Positions 48,129-57,217 of a stretch of DNA of 64,000 nucleotides are shown piece after piece (positions within the stretch are counted from its first letter, which is position 1; every line of letters begins with the position of its first letter). A model generated the notes under the pieces. The model worked only from the letters and a program-made list of their open reading frames with translations, was not told the origin of the DNA and ran no database searches. Origin of the DNA: a virus. A program made the position numbers and the translations under genes. Location of the stretch: positions 114,693 through 178,692 of IMG/VR virus record IMGVR_UViG_3300045988_145033; one strand, given 5' to 3'.

Positions 48129-51100
48129 ATGAATACCTTAAAGAATTTAAAACCTTGGCACATGGGTCGTCAACAATATAGACTTAATGTAAAGCCATAC
48201 AATATGTATAATATGGTGTACCCTTTAGTAGATAAACCTTATCAGTTTGATGCTGTTTTAGAAGATGCTTTAGTAAACTTCAATAAAATAGCTATGGAGC
48301 AAACTTATTGCTTCTATCAACCTAAGATGCTTTATACTAAAGTAGGTACATTTACTATAAGAGAAAAATATAAATACAACTCTATTAAAAATAGAATAAT
48401 GAGTAAGTTTAAGTTTTTAAAGAACTTTAAATTCGATTGGAGACTTTTTAGAAACTATAACTTTATATCAAACTCAGAAGCTAGAATGACAATAATAAGA
48501 GATAAGATACCTCTAAAGACAGAAGAGAGATTCTTAGCTTACATGGATTCGATGTTTGAAGAACTTAAATCATTTGATACTTATAATCAAAAGTATGTAC
48601 TTATACCTCTTGATTATGTAAAGATTCCTATGATGAAAGGTAAATATACACAGTTTTTATATAAAGATAGAAATGCTTCAAATGCTGCACTTTTACTTTG
48701 TTATTTAAAACTATATCCAGATAAGTTTATAGAATCTATGAAATCATCTAAAGTAAATCTAATCTTCTATACAAGGCAAGGAATATTCAGAATGTCTACA
48801 CTAGACGTTGAAGAAACTGTAATAGTTGGATATGCTGAAGGATTTAAAATAGAAGAAAGAGAGAAAGGAAAACTTTATGGAGAATGTCAAAATCCATTAG
48901 TTTCTGATATATTTAATACTTTATATTCAGAAGCTTATACTGTAAAGGAAGATAAGCTAATAGACGCTACCCTTGTTGCACTTCGTAAGTTAAGAGGAGA
49001 AGGTTTCCTTGCTGAAGATATGCTTGAAGACGATGAGCGTAATTATGATGACAATATGCAAGATTTACATGGACTTGACAGAGACGAAGACTTAGGAATA
49101 AAAGAGAAGAAAAACCTAAGAGATGAAGATTTAGCAAATGCTATAGGGGACGCTATAAAAGAAGATGAAATAGACCAAGCAGAAACTGAGCAGATACTTC
49201 GTATTATATCTCCTTCTTTTAATACTAAGAAAGATAAGGTAGTTGTAGGTAAAACTGAAGATGGACAGCTTGATAATATAAGAGTTCGTGAAGTTAAAAC
49301 CACAAAACAAGAAGCACAAAATATACAAGATAAAGTAGCTTCTAAGACTATAGCAAAGCTTACTGATGAGAAATCAACTGATGAAGAAATAGAACTTGCT
49401 GAATCTATAGGACGTTCTATTGTAGGTTCTAAAGTAAATGCTGAGGATATAGTAAACCACGTTAAAAGAATGAAAGATATAAGACTTGCTAAAACTAAAG
49501 TCTATAATGCTAAAGAAAAGAAATACTTACAAAAAATAAAAGAAAGTGAAACTGTAGAAGATGAGCTTGAATCTGTAGAAGGTTTAAAACTTGATGAGAC
49601 TTCTTATAATGAAGTAGAAGCTTTAGATGACATAGGAACTAACTCATTTATGAACTTTAATAAAACTTATGAAAATAAAGTAAGAAATAAAGATATTAAA
49701 TCGGTTGCTAATCATTTCTCTAAAGTAAATGAATTTCCTATGTACTCACAAGGTATAAAGGAAGAAGATGCTTCTAATAAATTCAATGCAAGAACTTTAG
49801 TTAGAATGCCATTTAAAGACCCAGAAGGTAAGCAACATAATATATCACTTCACTTACCTAAAATAGTAAATGGTAATAAGATGCTTATAAATGGTACTTG
49901 GGTTGAACTTCAATCTCAAAGAATAGTAAAACCTATAGTGAAATTTGGAGACTCTGTAATGATGAGCTTTAACTATAATAAAGCCTTTATGGAACTATCA
50001 GGAAAATATATAACAAGATATGAGTCTTTATTCGGAAGATGGTATTCAAAACTTGAAAAAGAAGATTTAACTTCTAAGGTTAAGTACACTAAGTTTGGAA
50101 GAATTGAAGAAAAGACAGATATACAAAAGACTATAGAATTTGATAGAATATCTAAGATAATCACAAAGATATATAAAGATGATAAGAACTTTATATACTT
50201 TGACTCAAATGATATGAAGGCTGAGTTTGGCGATACATTTGATAGTAAAGATGCTTTATTTATAGGTAAGCTAGATGGCGAACCTATAATACTACAAAAA
50301 GCTCTTGATACTATTAAATCACCGAAAGAAGATATTATAGCTACGTCTATTGTAGGAGAGTTTATAAGAAACTTCTTAGATTATATAAAAGAAGAACAAC
50401 TTGACATTTTAAATGGAATAAATAAAGATAGTACAGTTGCTTATTCTATTATGAAGATAATGTCAAGAAAGATACCCACAATACTTATTCTTTGCTATAC
50501 AAATGGACTCGATGAAGTTTTGGAAAGAACTGGTGTAGACCACGAGATAATATTTGATAAGAAACCTAGAATAGATGTACTACATGAAGATTTGATAGAG
50601 TTTAAAGATTGCTGGGTTAAATACTCTACTAATAATATAGAGCATATGACGCTTCTTTCTGGACTTAATAGCTTTGACTTATCTCCATATAAATTTGCTG
50701 ATTTCTGTGACCCGCAAAAAGGAATAACAGCTGAGCTTATAGCGTCTATTGGAAATGGTAACTTACCACTATATGTGACTTCATTTGAAATGCTTTTCGT
50801 TGACCCTATAAATACAGACGTTCTAAAGCATTATAATCTCCCCACTACATTTATAGACGTTCTTCTGTATGCTAATATGCTTCTTGCTACAGATATAAAG
50901 CAAAGAGATAGTGATATGAGACTTTATAGAATAAGAAGTGAGGAGATAATACCGGCTGTAATGTATAAGGTTCTGGCTGACGCTTATGCTGATTATCATA
51001 TAGCAAAGAAAAGAGGTTCTACAGTTGCAAGATTTGAAGTTCAAAGAGATGCTGTAATGAAAGCTATATTTGAACAAGCAAACGTTCAAACTTATTCGGT

Positions 51101-52583
51101 TGTGAATCCTATGGTATCAGCTGACAGTCAAACTAAAGTTACTACAAAAGGTTTATCAGGACTTAACCTAGATAGAGGATATACACTTGAAAAACGTATT
51201 ATAGACCCGTCATCGGCAGGAACGAGAGCTATGCCGTCAGTTTATTCAGGTGGAATAGGAATAGTTCAGAGAACGCCTATAGACCCTAATATAATATCTC
51301 CTCGTGGTTATCTTGTTGCTCCAGAAAGTGATGAAGATGTAGATAAGCTATCAGCAAAGCAAATGTTATCTCCAACTGAGCTTATGACTCCCGGGACTAC
51401 AAATAAAGACGATGCTCAACGGGTTTATATGAATATGCAACAAAAAGGACATATGCAAGGAATACTTCACCCTACTATAAATAATGTCTCAAATGGATAT
51501 GATGAGATGATAGGACACGCTGCTCCTGAGTTTTGTCATTATATGGAAAAAGACGGAGTTGTAACTGATGTAAATGAAGACTTCGTATTCGTAAAATATG
51601 ATGACGGTACAGATGATGCTTTCAGACTTACTAATACTGAAAGACATAGTGCTAAAGCTAAATATATAGCAAACGATATGACACTTATGAAGAATATAAG
51701 AAAAGGTGTAAAACTAAAAGCAAATGACCCAATAGCATACAATTCATTCATGTTTAAAGAATTTGACGGAAAACCTATATGCTGTACAGGAACACACATG
51801 AATGTCGTATTTATGGCTATGCCTGAAGACTATGAAGATGCTACAGTTCTATCAGAATCAGCTACAGAAAAACTTGCATCTTATGTATCTAAATCAAAGA
51901 CTATAGTTTTAGATAAAGGTACTATCGTAAAGCACGCTGAAACTAATTTAAGAGGAGAAGTAGCGGCAAACGACATATTATTCTCATATGTAATGATGAG
52001 TGGAGATGAAGCTCTAAATGAGCTTTTAGGTAATAATACAGAAGCTATAGACAAGTCTTTACTTAAAGAAAAGAAAGCAGGTGTATCAGGTACTATACAA
52101 GAAATAAATGTATATTATGCTTGTGATAAGTCTACTATGAGTAAGTCCCTTCGTAAGTTTGTTGATACTGTAGAGGAAATCTATAAAGCAAGAGGTGAAG
52201 CGAAACTTGTAGAACTTAATATGGACAATTTTAAAAAGCAACTATTAAACAGAGAACCTACAAAGACAGAAGATGGGGTTAAAGTTGCTAATAGAAAAAT
52301 AAATAGAGATGACGTAGTAATAGAATATATTATACGTGCTTACTCTAAAGTATCTCACTCAGATAAGGTTACATACTTTAATGCCTTAAAAGGAGAAACT
52401 TCTAAGATACTTCCAGATGAACTTATGCCAGTAGGTATAGAAACAGGAGTAAGAGCAGAAGCTTGCATGTCTCCTACATCTATTATAAAAAGAAAGGTAT
52501 CATCTGTAATAGAAGCAGGAGCTTTAGAAAGACTTATATATGAAACTTTAGAGGAGTGCAAAAAAGACTTAGGAATTAAGTAA
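48129..52583 (+). CDS. RNA polymerase beta-like subunit, N-terminal/main piece (1484 aa)
   Basis: GLSGLNLDRGYTLEKRIIDPS (cf. [20 protein letters not shown]) and VVFMAMPEDYEDATVLSES (cf. VAFMPWNGYNFEDSILVSE); lacks GRHGNKG/GEMEVWAL which are in 27246-29132. Confidence 0.6.
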   Translation: MNTLKNLKPWHMGRQQYRLNVKPYNMYNMVYPLVDKPYQFDAVLEDALVNFNKIAMEQTYCFYQPKMLYTKVGTFTIREKYKYNSIKNRIMSKFKFLKNFKFDWRLFRNYNFISNSEARMTIIRDKIPLKTEERFLAYMDSMFEELKSFDTYNQKYVLIPLDYVKIPMMKGKYTQFLYKDRNASNAALLLCYLKLYPDKFIESMKSSKVNLIFYTRQGIFRMSTLDVEETVIVGYAEGFKIEEREKGKLYGECQNPLVSDIFNTLYSEAYTVKEDKLIDATLVALRKLRGEGFLAEDMLEDDERNYDDNMQDLHGLDRDEDLGIKEKKNLRDEDLANAIGDAIKEDEIDQAETEQILRIISPSFNTKKDKVVVGKTEDGQLDNIRVREVKTTKQEAQNIQDKVASKTIAKLTDEKSTDEEIELAESIGRSIVGSKVNAEDIVNHVKRMKDIRLAKTKVYNAKEKKYLQKIKESETVEDELESVEGLKLDETSYNEVEALDDIGTNSFMNFNKTYENKVRNKDIKSVANHFSKVNEFPMYSQGIKEEDASNKFNARTLVRMPFKDPEGKQHNISLHLPKIVNGNKMLINGTWVELQSQRIVKPIVKFGDSVMMSFNYNKAFMELSGKYITRYESLFGRWYSKLEKEDLTSKVKYTKFGRIEEKTDIQKTIEFDRISKIITKIYKDDKNFIYFDSNDMKAEFGDTFDSKDALFIGKLDGEPIILQKALDTIKSPKEDIIATSIVGEFIRNFLDYIKEEQLDILNGINKDSTVAYSIMKIMSRKIPTILILCYTNGLDEVLERTGVDHEIIFDKKPRIDVLHEDLIEFKDCWVKYSTNNIEHMTLLSGLNSFDLSPYKFADFCDPQKGITAELIASIGNGNLPLYVTSFEMLFVDPINTDVLKHYNLPTTFIDVLLYANMLLATDIKQRDSDMRLYRIRSEEIIPAVMYKVLADAYADYHIAKKRGSTVARFEVQRDAVMKAIFEQANVQTYSVVNPMVSADSQTKVTTKGLSGLNLDRGYTLEKRIIDPSSAGTRAMPSVYSGGIGIVQRTPIDPNIISPRGYLVAPESDEDVDKLSAKQMLSPTELMTPGTTNKDDAQRVYMNMQQKGHMQGILHPTINNVSNGYDEMIGHAAPEFCHYMEKDGVVTDVNEDFVFVKYDDGTDDAFRLTNTERHSAKAKYIANDMTLMKNIRKGVKLKANDPIAYNSFMFKEFDGKPICCTGTHMNVVFMAMPEDYEDATVLSESATEKLASYVSKSKTIVLDKGTIVKHAETNLRGEVAANDILFSYVMMSGDEALNELLGNNTEAIDKSLLKEKKAGVSGTIQEINVYYACDKSTMSKSLRKFVDTVEEIYKARGEAKLVELNMDNFKKQLLNREPTKTEDGVKVANRKINRDDVVIEYIIRAYSKVSHSDKVTYFNALKGETSKILPDELMPVGIETGVRAEACMSPTSIIKRKVSSVIEAGALERLIYETLEECKKDLGIK

Positions 52584-52658
52584 CATTAAGATGTGACTAT
52601 TGGTTTCACATTTTGCACGTCACTCATTAAATTGATATTAAATTTAATTGATTGATTT

Positions 52659-52668
52659 TTAGGTGTCC
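52659..52668 (-). repeat. inverted copy of GGACACCTAA motif in convergent intergenic region
   Basis: TTAGGTGTCC on plus strand. Confidence 0.6.
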
Positions 52669-52756
52669 TAATCTAAGTTCGATAGGAAAAGTCTAATTAC
52701 ATCTGACTAAGATTTGTGATTAATTTTTTCATAGAAACTCCGTAGAAAATAAAAAA

Positions 52757-52785
52757 GAATAACCTCTCCCTAGTGGAGAGGTTAT
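52757..52785. terminator. bidirectional terminator AATAACCTCTCC-CTAGT-GGAGAGGTTATT
   Basis: Between convergent beta gene and 52786 gene. Confidence 0.65.
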
Positions 52786-53406
52786 TTACTTTATTAAATC
52801 TCTTATAAGATGCTCTATAAAATCCTTATTAGCTTTATTGGCTATAAGTGGTTTATAAAACTCTTTATCTAGTTTATTTTCTAAATAATCTTTCTTGAAT
52901 TTATGAAGTACAGTATATAGTCTTTTCTGTTCATCATTTTCAGCATACATCATAAACTCTTTAATCTTAGAAAACCATATACTCTCTCCAGTTATCCCTC
53001 TTACAAAGAAAGTACCCATAATACTATCAATATAGAATACTACTTTACCATAAGAGAAATTAGAAGTAGATGCACGTTTACATACAAATCTAATATTATC
53101 ATCTATATTAAGATTTAAGACCTTGTGAGTAACCCATACGGCGTCGTGTGCTACCTCTATGATATTTTTATTGCTTAACTTATTATTCTTCTTAAATAGC
53201 TCTACAGCCTCTTTAACCTTATTCTGATAAAGTTCTGTATAACCTTCGTTTGCTCCTCTTAACTTTCCTATATAGATTTGTCTCTCAAGTCTATCGGCTT
53301 TATATAGCTTATCATATAAAGCCTTATCTATAAGTCCTAATGATAAGAATACCGATATATTACATTTATGTATATCATATTCATAAGCTTCTTGCTTTCT
53401 ATACAT
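52786..53406 (-). CDS. hypothetical protein (start MYRKQEAY after GAAAGGGGATATT)
   Basis: ORF; leader near-identical to that of 62778-63206. Confidence 0.5.
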   Translation of the reverse strand: MYRKQEAYEYDIHKCNISVFLSLGLIDKALYDKLYKADRLERQIYIGKLRGANEGYTELYQNKVKEAVELFKKNNKLSNKNIIEVAHDAVWVTHKVLNLNIDDNIRFVCKRASTSNFSYGKVVFYIDSIMGTFFVRGITGESIWFSKIKEFMMYAENDEQKRLYTVLHKFKKDYLENKLDKEFYKPLIANKANKDFIEHLIRDLIK

Positions 53407-53447
53407 AATATCCCCTTTCAAAAAAGATAAGGTGGGGATAAACCCCA

Positions 53448-54059
53448 CTATTTCTTACCTTTAATAGTTTTCATCACCATATCTATTTCATCTTCATTAC
53501 AATCAAGTTCTTTTTCTAACTCTTCGTCTGACATATAAAGAACTCTTTCTGCTTCCTCATCAGTAAGATGTAATACATTTTTAAGTGCATCTTTAGCTTC
53601 CTTATTTTGCTTATCTATTTCTTTGAGTACAGGCTCTATTATATTTTGAGGAATTAAATCCTTTAAAGTTCTTTTAATATCATTTGCAAGTCCTTGTGAT
53701 ACTGTTGTGAAGCAATTTCTTAAAACCCAAGCAGTTTCTTCAAGCTCAGCTTCACAAGCAGATGATATATTTTGAAGTAGTGTGAAGTTTACTTCTTCTG
53801 TAGTTAGAACCTTTAGGAACTCATAAATTCTTTCTTCATAAGAATCAGTATCCTCTTCTTCTCTTATAACAAGACAGGCTTCTAAAAGTGCAACTCCTCT
53901 TGTCTTTTCGTCATAGCAAGCAAGATACACTAAAGGCTTATGTATCAAAAGGGAGAGCATAGATATCTTATCCAGCTTATCCTTTGGGTCTAGGGATTTA
54001 ATATGCTCTATAAGCTCTACATTTGACTTATACGTCAGTCTATCAATTCTTCTTATCAT
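53448..54059 (-). CDS. hypothetical protein
   Basis: ORF. Confidence 0.5.
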   Translation of the reverse strand: MIRRIDRLTYKSNVELIEHIKSLDPKDKLDKISMLSLLIHKPLVYLACYDEKTRGVALLEACLVIREEEDTDSYEERIYEFLKVLTTEEVNFTLLQNISSACEAELEETAWVLRNCFTTVSQGLANDIKRTLKDLIPQNIIEPVLKEIDKQNKEAKDALKNVLHLTDEEAERVLYMSDEELEKELDCNEDEIDMVMKTIKGKK

Positions 54060-54605
54060 TTATATTCCTTCCTTTCTATAAATTTTATATTTATTATCTA
54101 AAGCTTCGTTTCTATTCTCGTAGAATAGATAATCACTCATATTACCACGATACTTATTAAACCAAGCTTTTATCTCAAGGTATTCTAAAACCGTTTCCAT
54201 TTCTTGTTCAAAATAGTATCTCATCTCAGATTGTATACCCCAGTTTTTAATACCCATACTATACTTAGCCTTTAGCAGTGTGCACATTTCCTCAAATACA
54301 GCAGTAATTGATTTACCAGTGTGCATAGCGTGCATTTGTATAGCATAGGCTACAAGTGATGAAAGTGGTGAATCTGAATCACATATATAAGAAACTAATG
54401 TATCTGGGTGTATATGTGCTACAACTTTATATAAATCGAGATTATTTTCATTCCTTACAAAAGATGCCCAAAATATTTCATAATGGGCATCTGCTGTTAA
54501 AGGATAAGAGATAACCCTATAAGGGTCTAGGATTATCTCTCTTGCAAGATAAGAGGACATGCGAATAAGTCCTTCTACCTTTGTTGGTCTTGACTCAATT
54601 CTCAT
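54060..54605 (-). CDS. hypothetical protein
   Basis: ORF, abuts beta-prime piece. Confidence 0.5.
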   Translation of the reverse strand: MRIESRPTKVEGLIRMSSYLAREIILDPYRVISYPLTADAHYEIFWASFVRNENNLDLYKVVAHIHPDTLVSYICDSDSPLSSLVAYAIQMHAMHTGKSITAVFEEMCTLLKAKYSMGIKNWGIQSEMRYYFEQEMETVLEYLEIKAWFNKYRGNMSDYLFYENRNEALDNKYKIYRKEGI

Positions 54606-56062
54606 TATCTTTCCACCTTCTTCTTAATCTTTCTTAGAAATTCTACATCTTTTGGATTACCTTTATCATCTAGGAACATACAAGCTGTAACGACTTGGTC
54701 ATTAACTCCACCATAAGCTCCATTTATACTTCTGTCCCACCAAAGTGTATATCTCTTAGGATTACATACCATAGAAATTCTCCATCTTAATGCTGGTGGT
54801 AATACATAGTTAGAAGTTGTGTCTCCGTCAAAGTCTCCTCTTATAAGTCCTAATATAATAGGATTTACATATATTATAGGCTCATCACATATATCATAAA
54901 TTTCAAGTGCTATAATACCTGAGAAGTCTATTGTAGGTGGACGGTTAAAGAATATCCATAATCTTTCCGTCTTTACAATATATCTTATAAGTTCTTTCTG
55001 CTTCTTAGTTATAAAGTAGTCTGGATTAGTTATTCTATCAGCTTCCGCAACGCTCATACCTAACTTGTCCATACAATATTTCATAATAAATTCTTTATGT
55101 GTTGTACGGACAATATCTACACCTACTCTACAATATTGCCCAGCTCCTAGCTTAATACTTGCGTCTGGTTCTATAAGAGTTCTTGATGAAAATGTATTCT
55201 TAGTTGAATATATCTCACCCTTTATAGTTTTCTCTTTATCATCTGAAAGCTCGTATGCTAGTTTTTCATACAAAGCTTCCGCATTTTCATAATAGTGCTT
55301 TGCAACGAATTGCATTGATTTTTCAGTTACAGGAAGCGTTCTAAATAGCTTCGCAACTGATATTATATTTGTGTATCTTATAGATAGTTCATCTGCTTGT
55401 ATAACAGGAACGTCCCCATTTTTAGTTATCATAAATCTTCTAAATCTTCTTGAGATAACTGGAAGACAATCTATAAAATACATTTCTTTATTCTTTAAAA
55501 GCCATTCTCTATAAGCTGGCTTTTTAACGTGTTCGTTTACTATATCTTCAAATCTATCATACAGATAAAAAGCATCTGTTTTACTAAAAGGCTTCTTACC
55601 TTGTATTAATTTGTCAAATTTGTTACCTTCCCTTTTAGCATTACCAGACATAAACCGCCTTAATGTCTGAACCCCTAGAGGAGTTAATGCTCTCATAGGA
55701 AGTCTTATCCAACCCATAGTATCCATTGGAAAGTCTTTCTTCTTAACTGTAGTTCCGCATTCTACACAATACTCTCCAATATTATCTGCTCCTATCTTTG
55801 CTCCGCATTTGCATTGATAACGATAAGCTTGAACTATAGGTGGTTCATGCTTTTGTGGACCGAATCTTTTAGCTGAATATATTGTATCCTCAGTTATAAG
55901 AGCGGTGTTATTGTCTTCATCGATAGAGATTTTAAGAAAATCAAAATCTAAATCTATCATGAAGTCTTTTCCTTCTGCTACTCTTTGCTCTCTATATTTG
56001 TCCATATCAAAAAGCTTAAAGTAAATTCCTTCTTTCTTCTCTTCTAATAACAATTTTATCAA
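54605..56062 (-). CDS. RNA polymerase beta-prime subunit, N-terminal piece (regions A-D); TTG start
   Basis: Zinc ribbon QCKCGAK...YCVECGTTV...TMGWIRL (cf. CHCGKYK...ICEKCGVEV...RMGHIEL); FFNRPPTIDFSGIIALE; catalytic GDFDGD. Confidence 0.85.
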   Translation of the reverse strand: MIKLLLEEKKEGIYFKLFDMDKYREQRVAEGKDFMIDLDFDFLKISIDEDNNTALITEDTIYSAKRFGPQKHEPPIVQAYRYQCKCGAKIGADNIGEYCVECGTTVKKKDFPMDTMGWIRLPMRALTPLGVQTLRRFMSGNAKREGNKFDKLIQGKKPFSKTDAFYLYDRFEDIVNEHVKKPAYREWLLKNKEMYFIDCLPVISRRFRRFMITKNGDVPVIQADELSIRYTNIISVAKLFRTLPVTEKSMQFVAKHYYENAEALYEKLAYELSDDKEKTIKGEIYSTKNTFSSRTLIEPDASIKLGAGQYCRVGVDIVRTTHKEFIMKYCMDKLGMSVAEADRITNPDYFITKKQKELIRYIVKTERLWIFFNRPPTIDFSGIIALEIYDICDEPIIYVNPIILGLIRGDFDGDTTSNYVLPPALRWRISMVCNPKRYTLWWDRSINGAYGGVNDQVVTACMFLDDKGNPKDVEFLRKIKKKVER

Positions 56063-56106
56063 CTCCTTTGAATACTCTTAGATTACTAATAGTTAGTTAG
56101 TGAATA

Positions 56107-56131
56107 TTCACATTTAATAATATATAAATAA
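56107..56131 (-). promoter_or_regulatory. promoter-like motif variant TATATATTATTAAATGTGAAT upstream of beta-prime N-piece gene
   Basis: Shared motif, preceded by 12-bp-stem terminator 56132-56159. Confidence 0.35.
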
Positions 56132-56206
56132 ATATCGTATCGGTTTCCCGATACGATATGAATTAAAGGAAATGATTTCAATGTCTAACTCTAAGCTACG
56201 CATATG

Positions 56207-57217
56207 TTATAAAGAGAATTTACCTTCTTCAACTTCTTTTATCTTTAAAGAAGATACATCTTTTTCAGCATCTCCACCAGTTTTGATATCATCAACTCTC
56301 ATATCAACAAGAGTATTCATAAACTTCTCATCATCATCATCTTTCATCTTAGCTGATAAGTCTTTTTGTGAATAAGCCATTACATTTTTCATTTCAGCAA
56401 GTCTTGCTTCTAATGTGTATTTTCCTACAAGTACCATATAGATTAAGAATCTAAATAGTCCACATATTTTATATGCAAGTTTCGCAACTCCTAACTTAAA
56501 TAAGAAAGCTACGTCTTGTAAAGATACTTCAGAATATAAAGTCGCATTATTAGCGATAGACTTAGCATAGTAATCTACAGCTTCCGCCTTAAGTTCAACT
56601 CCAGCACCAGCTATTAACTTCTTCATATCTTTATCATTTATAACATCTGCTGTTCTTCTGAATAAATCTTTCCAGCCAGCAGTCTTATCTATATATGTAT
56701 CCATATCTACTTTAGCATCAGCTTGAACTGCTACGAATGTAATAGATAGAGCTGAACATTCGACAACTAAAGACATTACAAGTCCTCTATAAACGGTTTT
56801 AGCAAACATTGAATATTGTTTCTTGTAAGCTTTTTGGAAGTGAGGTGCATTTTCTTCTAAAAGCTCCATTAAATTCATAGTTTCTTCTAAATACTTAGAT
56901 TTCTTGACAGCTTCTGTATATAGTTTACAACCGTTTAGAATAGCTTTCATATCCTCATAGTTCTTCATAGCTTTAATATTACCAGCAGAAGCATCTATAG
57001 CTTTTATAGCTTCGTTATACTGAGTAATAGACGAACCCATCTTTCTTATTGCATTAGGGTCTATACCTTCTCCTACCATAAATGCAAGATGTCCTATTTG
57101 AAAGTCTTTAAGTTGAGGGTCGTCAGCTTCTGTATATAATCTAAATATCTTATCTCTTAGTGAATTATCTGAATATATATCCATTTCACCTTTTAAATCT
57201 ATATCTATCATACCCAT
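56207..57217 (-). CDS. hypothetical protein
   Basis: ORF. Confidence 0.5.
   Translation of the reverse strand: MGMIDIDLKGEMDIYSDNSLRDKIFRLYTEADDPQLKDFQIGHLAFMVGEGIDPNAIRKMGSSITQYNEAIKAIDASAGNIKAMKNYEDMKAILNGCKLYTEAVKKSKYLEETMNLMELLEENAPHFQKAYKKQYSMFAKTVYRGLVMSLVVECSALSITFVAVQADAKVDMDTYIDKTAGWKDLFRRTADVINDKDMKKLIAGAGVELKAEAVDYYAKSIANNATLYSEVSLQDVAFLFKLGVAKLAYKICGLFRFLIYMVLVGKYTLEARLAEMKNVMAYSQKDLSAKMKDDDDEKFMNTLVDMRVDDIKTGGDAEKDVSSLKIKEVEEGKFSL

Noticed and set aside
56132-56159. Perfect 12-bp-stem hairpin as a 5'UTR regulatory structure of the beta-prime gene
   Set aside because: On the minus strand it lies upstream of the promoter-like motif and is followed by a U-rich run. It is better explained as the intrinsic terminator of the upstream gene 56207-57217.
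56172-56375. 67-aa plus-strand ORF
   Set aside because: Lies antisense within and adjacent to minus gene 56207-57217 and overlaps the terminator and promoter region. S-rich low complexity.
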